This document shows, piece by piece, positions 37,566 to 50,039 of a stretch of DNA of 64,000 bases. The translations under genes and the position numbers were made by a program. Origin of the DNA: Tricharina praecox. Lineage: Eukaryota. Numbering within the stretch: position 1 is the first letter of the stretch; every line of letters starts with the position of its first letter. The notes beneath the pieces were generated by a model that worked only from the letters and a program-made list of their open reading frames with translations, ran no database searches and had not been told where the DNA came from. Where the stretch lies: assembly GCF_024521635.1 (NCBI RefSeq), contig NW_026250403.1, forward strand, positions 1,922,001-1,986,000, given 5' to 3'.

Positions 37566-40142
37566 CTACATGACACTTGCCCGCCAACGCTCAACCATCT
37601 CGCGCTGTTTGTTATTCATGGCGATTTCCTGCGGGGTCATCGGGATCGCTCCGCCCGCAGCTCCTCCGCCCATCATGCCCATGCCTCCCATACCGGTTAT
37701 TCCCATGGCGCCGCCGTTGGCGGCTCCATACCCGCCCATGCCGCTCATGCCACCCATCCCCTGCATTCCCATCCCCTGCATTCCTATCCCGCCCATCCCG
37801 CCCCCAGCTATGTTCCCCATGCTCATTTGTGGCCTCAAAATACCGCCTGCGCCCGCCTGGTGGATCAGCCCGCCAGCACCACCACCACCACCACCCGTAC
37901 CCAACCCGCCCATGCTTCCGGGTCGCTGCATCAGCATTGGCATGCTCCGTCCCATCATTCCGGCACCGAGGTGTTGCTGACTGAGCATAGTGGACATACT
38001 ATTCCTCTTCCGTACCTCAGCCTGGACGACCTTCGCATCCTCCGCCAGCCGTCGACGCTCCTCCTCATCCTGCAGCCGTTTCCGCCGTTGCCCCAATGTC
38101 TCCTCCTCCGGCAGTGGCGGGGGTGGCGCAGACGTATCAAAGCTTAACTCCAAGCTTCCGTCGCCAAAGGCGCTAGCGCGCTTCTCCTTCTTTTCACGTA
38201 GGCGCTTAAGACGCTGGGCGAGCGTCTCCTCTTCCTCTTCCGTCTCCTCCAAAGGCGGAATCTTGGGCGCAGGCACGGACGACGATGGTGGTCCGCCGTT
38301 CTGCTGCCGTAGCCGATCGCGACGCCGCGAAAGCGGCTCGGAATCTTCCATCGCCTTCTGCATTAGTAGACCCAGCGGGACATCTTCATCTCTGCCGCCA
38401 CCCCTTTGCGCCTTCTGCGCTGCCTGTCCTTGGTACAGTAGCCCCAGGGGCACGTCCTCATCCTCGTTTCCATCTCCATCCTCCGGGTCCTCCCATGCGA
38501 GCGTTGTCCGTTTCGCCCGGCGAGACTGCGCTTGCACTTGTGCCACCGCGTCGAGTTCTAACAGTGTACTCCGGATACCGGTGGGAAACGCTGAGGCGGC
38601 GGTTCGATTCCGTGATTTTAGCTGCATCTTTCTCGACTCGAGCTCTGCAAGAAGTGTAGTCGGCAGGGCGTTAAGTGCTGGATCCGCATTGTTCGATGCG
38701 GCTTCAAAGGAACGCGAGGTGCGCAGCGGCGTGCTATCGCCCCGCTCTCCACCGTCCATTGACGATCGTGGCGACTCCCCCGGATGCAGCATCACCGTCA
38801 TGGCGACAGAATTGCGGTAATCATTACGGTGTGGCGCCGAAAGGTGTGTGCTGGATTCCGTGCCCGTCATTGGGTGATCCGTAAACGCAGCAGGGGGCGC
38901 ATTTGCGGACGCGTCTAGAATCGAGTCGAGGGTTGCAACCGCCGATGCCTCCTTAAGCTCCGGCGCGATTGTGGGTGCGGAATTCATGCTGTCGAAGAAG
39001 GCGGAAGCTCTCAGAGCAGGAGGAAGATGAGAGTGTCGCCGAGTGTCGTCGAGTGCGGTCGACTTTCTATTCTCGGCCAGCGGTGTAGTAGAGGCGTCAG
39101 CGTTAGGAGCGGCCAATGCGTCGAACGTCAACGATCGCCGGTTATTGCCGCTTGGATCTCCGGTCGAAATTGCGTCCGAGAGTACTTGCTGACTGGCTCG
39201 CTTCTGGACTTTGGAGAAGCGGTTCCGTGCTTTGGTGTCCTTTGCCATTAAAGGGGGCAGGTTAAGGACCGCCGGTACAGGCGCGGGATAGAACACGAAG
39301 CCCGAGTCCCGCGAGGATTCGGAATGGGTATCGTGGTTTAGAGTCGCACGCGATTGAGGCCGTGGCTGTGAGACGGAGGCACGCTGCTGCGGGTGGGCGT
39401 AACGGTGGTCGGTATGCGGAGGAGCGGGGGGCGCGGAAGCAGGTGGAAGCGGAGCTTCGGAAGCTGAGTAATGCACGCCGTCAAAATCCTTGAAGAAATC
39501 GCCGGCGGAATAAGGACGTTCTTGCGCTTCGTTCGGTGTCGGTGCTCGCAGGGCGGGGTGGATATATTGCGATTCGTTGTCCCAACGTTGATGGTGATTC
39601 CCACGCGCAGCAGCTCCCTCTGCACCGTCCTGGCGCTCCCGTGCCGTGTCTGAACCAACTGAGACACACTGCCATGCCCGATCAGGATTTCCATCCAATT
39701 GCGAGGCGTCATCCCTTCCATGGTTCACGACTACCAAAGGCGAGGCTGGCGTGGAGCCTCCTCCGACGCCGACAGACCTGTCCACCAGCACCCCCGAACT
39801 CTTCCGCGTATCAGGCCCGCTCCCAAAGTGCCCCTCGCCATCCGCATCGTGCCGCGATACCAGTTCATACGATCTTCCGCTGTCGCTTTCGTCGCGCCCG
39901 TCGTGGGAATCCAGTCGCTGCACTACTGCCGATATGCTCGACAGATCGTATATGCCTCTGCTGCCACCGCCGTCGCTGTCGCGGTGATGATCGAGCGATA
40001 GCCGAGCTGGGATCGCTGAGATGTGAAGTGGCGGTGGGGGTGGCGGGAGACCTAGTGAGGAGCTTCGCGAGCCGGATGCATCGAAGTCTTCGCCGGGCGT
40101 GGCGGTCGAGTAGTTGTTGCGCGGTATAGGAACGTACGCCAT
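37566..40142 (-). CDS. Hypothetical 858-aa fungal protein, mostly disordered, Gly/Met-rich C-terminus
   Basis: Long ORF with blocks that look conserved: FYPAPVPAVLNLPPL, PPALRASAFFD, LDSILDASA, PTTLLAELESRK, TLLELDAVAQ, repeated EEETL(A/G)QR, DEDVPLGLL x2, and a terminal MVERWRASVM. Confidence 0.82.
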   Translation of the reverse strand: MAYVPIPRNNYSTATPGEDFDASGSRSSSLGLPPPPPPLHISAIPARLSLDHHRDSDGGGSRGIYDLSSISAVVQRLDSHDGRDESDSGRSYELVSRHDADGEGHFGSGPDTRKSSGVLVDRSVGVGGGSTPASPLVVVNHGRDDASQLDGNPDRAWQCVSVGSDTARERQDGAEGAAARGNHHQRWDNESQYIHPALRAPTPNEAQERPYSAGDFFKDFDGVHYSASEAPLPPASAPPAPPHTDHRYAHPQQRASVSQPRPQSRATLNHDTHSESSRDSGFVFYPAPVPAVLNLPPLMAKDTKARNRFSKVQKRASQQVLSDAISTGDPSGNNRRSLTFDALAAPNADASTTPLAENRKSTALDDTRRHSHLPPALRASAFFDSMNSAPTIAPELKEASAVATLDSILDASANAPPAAFTDHPMTGTESSTHLSAPHRNDYRNSVAMTVMLHPGESPRSSMDGGERGDSTPLRTSRSFEAASNNADPALNALPTTLLAELESRKMQLKSRNRTAASAFPTGIRSTLLELDAVAQVQAQSRRAKRTTLAWEDPEDGDGNEDEDVPLGLLYQGQAAQKAQRGGGRDEDVPLGLLMQKAMEDSEPLSRRRDRLRQQNGGPPSSSVPAPKIPPLEETEEEEETLAQRLKRLREKKEKRASAFGDGSLELSFDTSAPPPPLPEEETLGQRRKRLQDEEERRRLAEDAKVVQAEVRKRNSMSTMLSQQHLGAGMMGRSMPMLMQRPGSMGGLGTGGGGGGAGGLIHQAGAGGILRPQMSMGNIAGGGMGGIGMQGMGMQGMGGMSGMGGYGAANGGAMGITGMGGMGMMGGGAAGGAIPMTPQEIAMNNKQREMVERWRASVM

Positions 40143-40822
40143 GGTTGTCCTCGTCGGTGGGAATGGGCGATGCTATCTATCTAGCGACGACGGACCGGTG
40201 GCGTGGTGCGCACTGCTCGGAATTCAGGTTTGCCGGGGAGAGGTGTACGTAGGACAGTCAAGGTGAAGCAATGGAGACAGCAAAAGAGCAGTCGTTCGCA
40301 CAGATAAACAAGTCAGAAATGGGTTGTGTGAATTCAGGATGGAGACAGACAACCCCTTTCGAGAAGTTTGGATATGGTGTAGTTACGTGCTACTGCTACA
40401 TGCTAGGGAGAACCGCGACTCTCGGCTGTCGCGAGCGAAGTCGTCAAAGTCCCCGATCACCGCCACTAGCTAAACCGCCACGCCAGCATCGTCAATCTCC
40501 TGCCCCCCTGTTCAAACTAACTAAGATTTATAAAGAAAATAAAACAAAGGCAAAGCGTTCTGCTTAGTTATCGTCGAAACAAATAACATGTGACCCTCGC
40601 ACTTATGTCCGTTGCCGGTCATCATGGACCATGTCACCATCATGCTAGAAAGAAATACAAATAAAAAGAAATCAAATGCCAAACAGATCAGGTATGGAAT
40701 TCAAAGTACAGGAACGTATCCCAAGGAAAGAAACACGTCAAACTTAGAAAGAAGTACCATCACAGCTATCTCGCCCCTTTCCATATCGTGAGATATGTCC
40801 GCTTCTAAAATCACTCGGATGG

Positions 40823-43800
40823 TTACAAGACAATCTGTCCAGTATAGATCTGATTGTGCAGATCCTCGACAGCCTTCTCGGCTTCCGTGAGATCCCAGTT
40901 GTGCTTGTTGACGATATCTAGAACATGGGCCGGACTGACCATTTTGTATTTCGCACGGAGATACTTGAGGACGCCCTTTCTGGCCGGATCGACAAGACTG
41001 GCAGCCAGGGCTCGGCGCTCCTCGTTTGTCCAGTTGGGACGGCCGAGGCGGCGGACAGCGACCGTGGAATTCGTTGCTGAAGGCAAGGGCGAATGGCGAA
41101 TGGCTTCAACACCCAGAGTGGAAGGGTTCTTTTCGATCTGGGGGTTTTCCTTCTTGGTCTCGGGCTGCTCGGTTTGAGGCTTCTTGGTGTCTGGGAATCT
41201 AGAACGTGCTTCGAAGTCGGGATCGACAAGCTTTGATCTCTTCAGCGGAGGCGAGTGACTGATGCCAGGTCTGGTTCCTTGAAAAGAGACGTAATCCGGT
41301 GCAGTACGCTTCAAAGCTGCCCGCCGCATCGTGGTCGACTTATGACCAACGGGGACGACCGCATTAACATCGGGGTCAGTCTCTTGAACATCCGAGGAAG
41401 GAGCCTTGCTGCGATCAGCTTCGTTGGATTTATCGCAGATCGGCTCCCGCTCCTCCGCCTTATGTACCTCCTGCTGGTCGGTATCCTCCTCCTGCTGGTC
41501 GGTATCCTCCTCCTGCTGGTCGGTATCCTCCTCCTGCTGGTCGGTATCCTCCTCCTGCTGGTCGGTATTTTCCTCCTCCTCCACGATATCGTCATCTAGC
41601 GTCTCCTCTTGGAGAATGAACCCTTTCGGAGCGGGCGAGTGGTCGAGGCGCTCGAAGGCGGTTTTCAGTGCATCCATCTCGCCAGGCGGCGATTCGATGA
41701 TTGGCACACCCACAGGAGTACCATCATCTTTCGAGACGTCGACATCGACAAGCGTTGAGGGCTGGCAACGCTCGATATCCGCCGACTTATCATGCACCAT
41801 CTCAGCTTTCTTGTCATGGTCGCCAGTGAAAGTGGAACTAACAGTGGCGTCCGGTTCAGCAGCTGGCGAAGAAGTCTTGATGAGGACGGCGTTATTTTCG
41901 GCCTCAAAGTCACTCGAAACTTCGAGGGGAGCGTCCATCGGTCCAATCGCAGACTTCTCCTGTGCTACCTTCGCCGGGGTTTCGACTTTGACTGGCTCCT
42001 CAATGTCGATCTTGAACTCCTCAAATGGGTTTTCCACTGTTCTGCTCAAGACCCCCGATGTAAGGTAGTCAAGCTTCTCAAGCAGAGTTCCTACTGATGT
42101 TCCAGCAGTTTCTGATGCAACTTCAAGGCTGAGCCCTCCCGTGGGGGTATCGGCGGGCTCTGGAACAAGCTCTTTGGTGTATTCCTCGACGACTGGTTCC
42201 TTGGCGATTGGCTCGATGGGCTCTGCAACTGGAACTTCAATAGGCCCCGGAATAGGCTTTCCGGCGGGCTTCTGCTGCACATACGTCAGGGAATATACCT
42301 CGGCAGTGGGATGGACGAGCTCTCCAATTGCTTCCTCGATTACTGGCTGCGCATGCTCTGCGGTCCACTGCTTGCCGTAATCCTCAGCATCCAGAGAATC
42401 AAAATAGCCTTTAATAAGGTCCGCTTCCTGGACAGTAAGATTCACAGTCTGTCCAGTTGGGAAGTCGGCGAGTAGTTCCATGGGCCCTTCGATGTGTCCC
42501 ACGACAACTGGTCTTGAGACCTGTACGTCCGATTGTTCGACTTTCAGCCTCTTTAGCACTCCGGTGAGAGCCTCAAAAGCTCGCTCTATGAGCCCTTCGG
42601 CGTGTTGCTCGACGATAACTGGCTCCTTGGACTCCTCGGTTGATTCTTCGGCAACCGTCCCCACCGGCTCTCCAATTGATCTCTCGACAATTGGCTCCCT
42701 GGGATCCAATGTGAGAACATCGGCGACCAGGTTGCGAAGGTCTTCGACGGATTTCTCGGCAACCGACGTGGGAAGTGCTTCTACCGATTCCTCGATGATT
42801 GATTCCCCGAGCTCTTTGGTGGAATCCTCACGGACTAGCACGGTAGGTTCTCCGACGGATTGAACGCTGATTGGCTCCAAGAACTCCGTAACAGGCTCTT
42901 CGACGATGGGCTCTAAAGTCTCCCTCTTGGTCGTTTCGAAGGGCATTGTAATAGGCGATTCAGCGGTTGGCCTCTCGGGCTCCGCTTCGGTGTGCTCGGG
43001 CTCGGAGTTGTCATTAAGCTTCATCTCGCCCTCGGCGTTCGAATCCGATAGAACATGAGTCTTGACTACTTCTCGCGTCGAGAGAACAGGAAGCGCAGTA
43101 GAGTTCGCCGGCTCAGTCCCTTGATTCGTCTCGCCCGACGCGGCGGCGGATAGAAACACCTGGTATTTCAAGGTCGAATCTGCGACATATTGCTCGATCT
43201 TTCTAACAAGTGACATCTGGAGTTCGGCTGCCATCGCCCGGCAAACCGGATGCTCCTTCAAGCCTAAGACGACATCCTTGAGGAGTCCATCGTTACCGAT
43301 GAGTCTCTGGATGGTAAGGGCCTCAAACGGCTGGTCTTGAAGTGGCATCAAGACGTTGTTGTGCAAGATACGTAGAAAAGATCCACACAGAGCCGATGAA
43401 CACATCTCGGACTCCTCCTTAGTTGCATCGGTGACCAAGCAGAGATCCTCTTGGCTGGAGAGCCAGATGAGTTGTTCGCTGACTGCCTTGCCGATGTACT
43501 GGATGACATCCATACGGGTTTCGTTGAGCTCGTCTGTGTGACGCCACATTAGGAAACGTGATACAAGGGATGAAAAGGGACAGTCCACTAACTGATCAAA
43601 CTTGGCTGAACGACGCGCCTCAGGTCGTCCAGGTTGGCGAACCCCAGATCCTTCCACCAGCGATACGCCTGCTCTTGGATTACCATGGCGGCGACATCTT
43701 CCCTAGCAAAGGCCTTCCCAATCTTCAACCAACCCAGCCACGGCTCGAGTTTATCGCACAACTTCTCACTCGCAGTAACCACCCAAAAATGGGTGTACGG

Positions 43801-44121
43801 GCCCACCGCAGGAACACATTGCCACTTCAAACACAGATCCGCAATCTCCGCCAGCAACTCGGGTGTCATGTTGTCTGCAGAAACAGCAGGATCGAGGAAA
43901 TGAAATACTCGAAGAAGGATGCTAGCCGCGACCGGGCTGTCGTCAGGGGCGATAGCGAGTCGATTCTCGAGGTCAAACTTATTGCCTAGGACGTTGGATG
44001 CAAGGGACACAGCAGTGACGGAAACCTGGATCGAAGGGAGAGGTTTTGGGAGAATGACAAGCCCGTCGCCTTTGGAATCCAGAACAACCAGGTTCGGGAT
44101 TAAAGAGAAGGGAGAATCCAT
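40823..44121 (-). CDS. Two-exon protein: N-terminal fungal BTB/POZ-like domain, long Glu/Pro-rich acidic linker, C-terminal CUE/UBA-like helical domain
   Basis: Exon 44121-43593 joins exon 43533-40823 in frame across intron 43592-43534 (GTTAGT..CTAAT..CAG). BTB-like pattern LDSKGDGLVIL..QVSVTAVSLASNVL..PDDSPVAASILLRVFH..LLAEIADLCLKWQC. The true start could lie further upstream. Confidence 0.7.
41468..41581. repeat. 21-bp coding tandem repeat, ~5 copies, encoding EEDTDQQ
   Basis: Repeated ctcctgctggtcggtatcctc units. Confidence 0.95.
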
Positions 44122-44134
44122 TCCGCGGTATATG

Positions 44135-44256
44135 CTGTTTGGGAGTATATGCTGTTTGGAAGTACGGTGTTTGGGAGTACGGTGTTTGGGAGTACGGTGT
44201 TTGGGAGTACGGTGTTTGAGAGTGATGTATTTGGGAGTATGGTGTTTGGGAGTGTT
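44135..44256. repeat. 15-bp tandem repeat (GTGTTTGGGAGTACG-like), ~8 imperfect copies, just upstream of the BTB-like gene
   Basis: ggtgtttgggagtac repeated; reads KHRTP on the minus strand in frame with the downstream ATG. Confidence 0.9.
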
Positions 44257-46665
44257 TTGTTGGTTGTAGGTTAGGATGTAGGGTGAGGAAGATACAACGA
44301 GGGACGAAGTAGGTAAGTAAGTGCGGGCTAGGTGAGAAGGTGAAGTATAGGAATGAGCCACAGTTGTTTGCTGGTTTGTAGGTACTTGGCTTGCTCTCTG
44401 GAGGTGAAGACGCTAGCTTCGATGGTTGACGTCGATACTGCTTAGGGTTGTCTTCTTCATGTACCTATCCGTATTGGACCCTTAATTTGCCGTAAATACA
44501 AAAGAAGGCTTTTTGATTCCCGGAATCATCGGCCTGTCCCTTCCGTAGGCTTATGTCATGTTCCTTGCTGTGAAAATAACGATCGCACACTTTCGATCAG
44601 ATTTGCTGAAGACACCAAGGCTTTCTTGTTTCGACTCAGGTCCTGTTACGGTGCCCCTTCAGTTTCTTGTTTCTATATAACCATCTTTGCACTCGACCTT
44701 ATTATATAGAACATGGCAGTTATAGATTCTTTTCCTCGCCACTGTCTCCAGCCGCTGCCGCCGCGAGCTCGATGTGGGTCCCCTCTGCTGCTCTCTGCCC
44801 AGCCCTCTCCTTGTTCCCCTCAATACTTGTTTTATTTACTCATTGAATGTATGAGACCTGCCTAGATCATAGCAAAACGCACTCCAAAAGTAGCCTCCTC
44901 AGAGCTTCGCACAATCACGTGACCGCAATGACATCCCGAGTGACATCATATGGATATCAGCCACAACCCAAGTCGCCATACTGACTCTGGGGGTAGTCGA
45001 TAATGTATAGAAAGGTTTCTGGGTTCTTCCTCGTACCTGCAGCCATATGAATACTGAAATACTGTATCCCAAGTACATACATAGTATTGCTTTCATATTC
45101 TTTCTAAAAGTCGAGTGGCGTTGTGGCGCAGAGGGACATGTGTTGATTGCTGTCTCGGAAGTGGCTAATGAACTCTCCTTCTTCGCCGCCGACGCCGGCG
45201 ACCGTCCAAGCTCAAGCGTGAAGCTTCTATGTAAGTATTTACAGACGCAATTCAATCTTTGGACCAGTGCTTTCCGCAGTACTCGGCGAATTGTGCATCA
45301 AACATGCCGCGATGCAAGCGTACGGCTTGCAAGCAACATGAAAAGTTTAGGGACGTCGAACACGAAGAATTATTCATCTTCTCGGAGTCGGCCGTCGGGG
45401 TTGGGTGTCGCGGCGCTGATTGGTGGTAAAACAGCGGCAGGCCGAGGTCACACAGACCGTAGGTAGCACTCGAAGCTCGGAAGCGATAGGAATGTCTCGG
45501 GGAAGAGAGTGCCGCTGCCTATGCTGTAACTGCAACATACTTTTCTCTCCGGATCTTACGCCACCGACACTTTACTATGGATCCGCTGCAGCTCGAGCTC
45601 TGTGATCCCTACATAGCTCTGGACTTGATTCTCCGTTTCCTCGTATGTACATACACCACGGGAAATGCCTTACGACATTCACTCTCGGCCCGATCGTCTG
45701 CACCTCCGCTCCTTGCCCATCACCCCGGTTCGTTTGCGTTATTTATCGCGATTTTCTCCTGTCAAGCTCGAGGATGCATGTTGGACCAATAGGTGTCCAC
45801 GAGGCCCTCTTTGTAAGTGCTACACGTGAGTCGAGCTTCATCTGAGTTTCAGGAACATGTCTCGTGGATGAGATCGGCTCGAGCGCGCGAATCAAAAAGC
45901 GTGGGGAAACAGGGTGTGCCATGCACGGATTACGTACGTCGCGCTATGCTCGTTGGGGTCGAGTCATTTGTCTCGGCCACTTGCGGCCGGCAGGAAGCCG
46001 CGGTCTTCGCTGGAGGGGAACAGAACGCAGAGAGGACCGTGGGAGAGGCAGGAGAAAAAGTGTCTGCAGGCTGGGAGGTATGTAACTATAATATGTATGC
46101 GACTTCACATTCTCACGATCCTCGATTCACGACGGCCGAGAATCAGAGGGGCTGATGTTGGGACGTGTTAATCACTCATCCGTTGCGGGCGGAGCACTCT
46201 GGAGTCTGCAGTATTCTACATACCTGTACCTGGAGTGCAGTGAGAGTATCGAGAAGGTCGTTTCGGACCCGGCAAGAGAGATGCAGCGATTCTCCGCGAA
46301 ATGTGCCGAACCAAGTCTTCTGCCACCGTGGAGTGGAGCTGTCACTGCGAAACTTTGAATGGTGGTCATGGCTTACTCAGCCGGGAGCAAGGCTTGCTCC
46401 AAAATTCTTCCGGCAATGTGTTAGTCGCTAGTGCCCGGCAAAGCATGGGAGGTGTTCCGCCTCACCGCCAATACCCCAACCAACCAATCTGCAACCTCCA
46501 ACATCCACCTCCACTTCCCCATCACCCACACCTCCCCCAAAACTCTCAACCCTCCACCCTCCACCCACCACCCACTGAAACCATTCCCTCAGAGGAGCTG
46601 GTCTTTCACTACTACCCCCATCCATCTCCTTCACATCATCCACTTTTCATCAGCTCGTCGCAATC

Positions 46666-49600
46666 ATGTTGCGGTCGACTCTTCGTTCATCGCGCCGGAT
46701 GGGCGGCTCTCTGAACCCACGGTGCGGCCTCGTTCGGCAACCCGCCACAGCTTACCAGTCATCGCTATCTACACGACCCACCGCCTGCGGCTCATTATCG
46801 ACATACCCAAAACCTGTTGCGGTACAAAAACGACATTACGCTGCCATCCCCGGCGTGGTATGTATCTCCCGTCCTCGGCCAAACGGAACTCTCCGGGGGT
46901 GTACTTTAAACTCTCCTCCCCCGGGTTTTCGAGGGAAGCGAACATGAAAATGAAAGCCTGCTGACAGGTGTGTGTGCTCCGTCTGCTACTAGGATCCGAA
47001 CGATGCTTTCTTACAAGGAAACACCGCGAACTACATCGATGAAATGTACATGGCGTGGAAAAAAGACCCCACCAGCGTCCACATCTCATGGCAGGTCTAC
47101 TTTCGCAACATGGAAGGCAACGGCCCCGCTTCGCAGGCGTTCCAGGCTCCCCCCACTATTGTTCCCACCGCTACCGGCGGCATCCCATCGATCGTCCCCG
47201 GCGCCAACCTCGGCGGTAACACTGACGTCACCAAGCACTTGAAGGTACAGCTCCTCGTCCGCGCCTACCAGGTTCGTGGTCACCACAAAGCAAAGATCGA
47301 TCCTCTTGGCATTCGCTCGGATGCAGATCTGCGACAGGCCAGGCCGCGAGAGTTGGAACTGGACCACTACCAGTTCAACGAGAGGGACCTGGACGACGAG
47401 TACACTCTTGGACCCGGTATCTTGCCCAGATTCGCTACCGGAGGTCGGGAAACGATGACTCTGAGAGAGATCGTGGCCGCGTGCGAGAAGATCTACTGTG
47501 GTTCTATCGGAATAGAGTACGTGCACATTCCCGACAGGGACCAGTGCGACTGGATCCGTGAGCGTGTCGAGATCCCCACTCCGTACAAGTACAACCAGGA
47601 CGAGAAGCGCAGAATCCTGGACCGTCTCATTTGGTCTTCCTCATTCGAGACCTTCCTTTCCACGAAATACCCCAACGACAAGCGATTCGGACTCGAGGGC
47701 TGTGAGGCCTTGGTTCCAGGAATGAAGGCTTTGATCGATCGCTCTGTGGACTATGGTGTAAAGGATGTCGTCATCGGTATGCCCCATCGTGGTCGTCTCA
47801 ACATCTTGTCCAACGTCGTGCGGAAACCCAACGAGTCGATCTTCAGCGAGTTCAGCGGTTCTGCCGAGCCTGGTGACGAGGGTTCCGGTGACGTCAAGTA
47901 CCATTTGGGTATGAACTTCGAGCGGCCCACTCCTTCCGGAAAGCGCGTTCAGCTGTCTTTGGTTGCCAACCCTTCGCACTTGGAAGCTGAGGACCCGGTG
48001 GTCCTTGGAAAGACCCGTGCCATCCAGCACTTCAACAACGATGAGGTCGAGCACAAGACCGCCATGAGCGTTTTGCTGCACGGTGATGCTGCCTTCGCTG
48101 CGCAGGGAGTCGTATACGAGACTCTCGGCTTCCACGCTCTGCCCGCTTTCTCTACCGGCGGTACCATCCACGTCATTGTCAACAACCAGATCGGTTTCAC
48201 CACCGACCCGCGGTTTGCGCGCTCCACCCCGTACTGCTCGGACATTGCAAAATCTATCGACGCTCCCATCTTCCATGTCAACGCCGACGACACCGAAGCC
48301 GTCACCTTCGTTTGTCAACTGGCTGCCGACTGGCGTGCCGAGTATAAGCGCGATGTCGTCATCGATCTCGTCTGCTACCGCAAGCACGGGCACAACGAGA
48401 CCGACCAGCCCAGCTTCACCCAGCCGCTGATGTACAAGAAGATTGCCGAGAAGGACCCTGTTCTCTCCATGTACATCAAACAGCTGATGGATGAGGGAAC
48501 TTTCACCAAGGAGGATATCGAGGAGCACAAGAACTGGTATGTTGTTTTATCTGGTGGCTTCTGATGGAATGTCCGTCTAACATCGATTATAGGGTTTGGG
48601 GAATGCTTGAGGATAGCTTCTCAAAATCGAAGGATTACCAGGCGACCTCTCGGGAATGGCTCACTAGTGCCTGGAACGGCTTCAAGTCACCCAAGGAGCT
48701 GGCTACTGAAGTCCTTCCTCACTTGCCCACCGCTGTCTCCGAGGAAAACATCAAGGAGATTGCCAATGTCATCTCCTCAGTTCCCGAGTCGTTCACGGTT
48801 CACCGCAACCTGAAGCGTATTCTAGCCAACAGGAAGAAGGTTGTCGAGGAGGGTACTGGGATTGACTGGGCTACCGCCGAAGCGCTCGCTTTTGGAAGTT
48901 TGCTCAGAGAGGGAAAACACATCCGTGTGTCCGGACAAGATGTCGAGCGTGGTACTTTCTCCCAGCGTCACGCCGTCCTCCACGACCAGGAAAATGAGGG
49001 AACCTATACTCCCCTTCAGCACGTCTCTGAGGATCAGGCCTCGTTTGCCATCTGCAACTCCTCCCTGAGTGAGTTCGGAGCGTAAGTACAATGTGTTACC
49101 ATCGGCGTTATGTGAGTGCTAATATATGATTGTAGCCTCGGTTTCGAGTACGGATACTCGCTTACTTCTCCTGATGCCCTCGTCATGTGGGAGGCGCAAT
49201 TCGGTGACTTTGCCAACAACGCTCAGTGCATCATTGATCAGTTTATCGCCTCCGGAGAGTCCAAGTGGCTCCAGCGTACCGGTCTGGTAATGTCGCTTCC
49301 TCACGGTTACGACGGACAAGGACCCGAGCACTCTTCAGGCAGGATTGAGCGATACCTTCAGCTCTGTAACGAAGACTCCCGTGTCTTCCCCTCGGCTGAG
49401 AAGCTCGACCGCCAGCACCAGGACTGCAACATGCAGATTGCCTACATGACTACCCCCGCCAATCTGTTCCACATCCTGCGAAGACAGATGAACCGCCAGT
49501 TCCGCAAGCCGCTCATCATCTTCTTTTCCAAGGCGCTCCTTCGCCACCCTATTGCGCGCTCCGACCTTGCGGATCTCACTGGCGAGTCACACTTCCAGTG

Positions 49601-50039
49601 GCTCATCCCCGATCCTGCCCACGCCACTGGCGCCCTCAAGGCACCCGAGGAGTGCAAGCGTCTGCTCGTGTGCACCGGTCAGGTGTACGCGCAGCTCCAC
49701 AAACACCGCGCGGCCAAAGGTGTAGACGATGTAGCAATTGCGCGGGTGGAGCAATTGCACCCATTCCCCTTCGCCCAGCTCCGTGACGAGCTGGAGAAGT
49801 ATCCGAATGTGGAGGAGATTGTTTGGACTCAGGAAGAGCCCCTCAACGCCGGTTCTTGGGCGTACGTGCAACCCCGCATGGAGACCATCCTCCGACAGTC
49901 TTCCAAACATTCGGACAAGCACATCCGATACGCTGGCCGTGCGCCGAGTGCCTCAACTGCCACCGGCATCAAGTCTGGCCACATCCGGGAGGAGGAGGAG
50001 CTTCTTAACCAGGCTCTCGGTCTGGCGCCGTTGGAGTAG
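46666..50039 (+). CDS. KGD1: Mitochondrial 2-oxoglutarate dehydrogenase E1 component; 4 exons
   Basis: Arg/Ser-rich presequence from ATG 46666. Introns 46858-46992, 48537-48592 and 49082-49135. Motifs [57 protein letters not shown] and [14 protein letters not shown]. Confidence 0.98.

Noticed and set aside
44135-44256. Short direct repeats considered as CRISPR-like
   Set aside because: Contiguous tandem units with no unique spacers, eukaryotic context, no cas genes.
46209-46222. 14-nt exact match (CAGTATTCTACATA) to the MITE right TIR
   Set aside because: No partner TIR, TSD or subterminal GGACT repeats nearby; may be chance.
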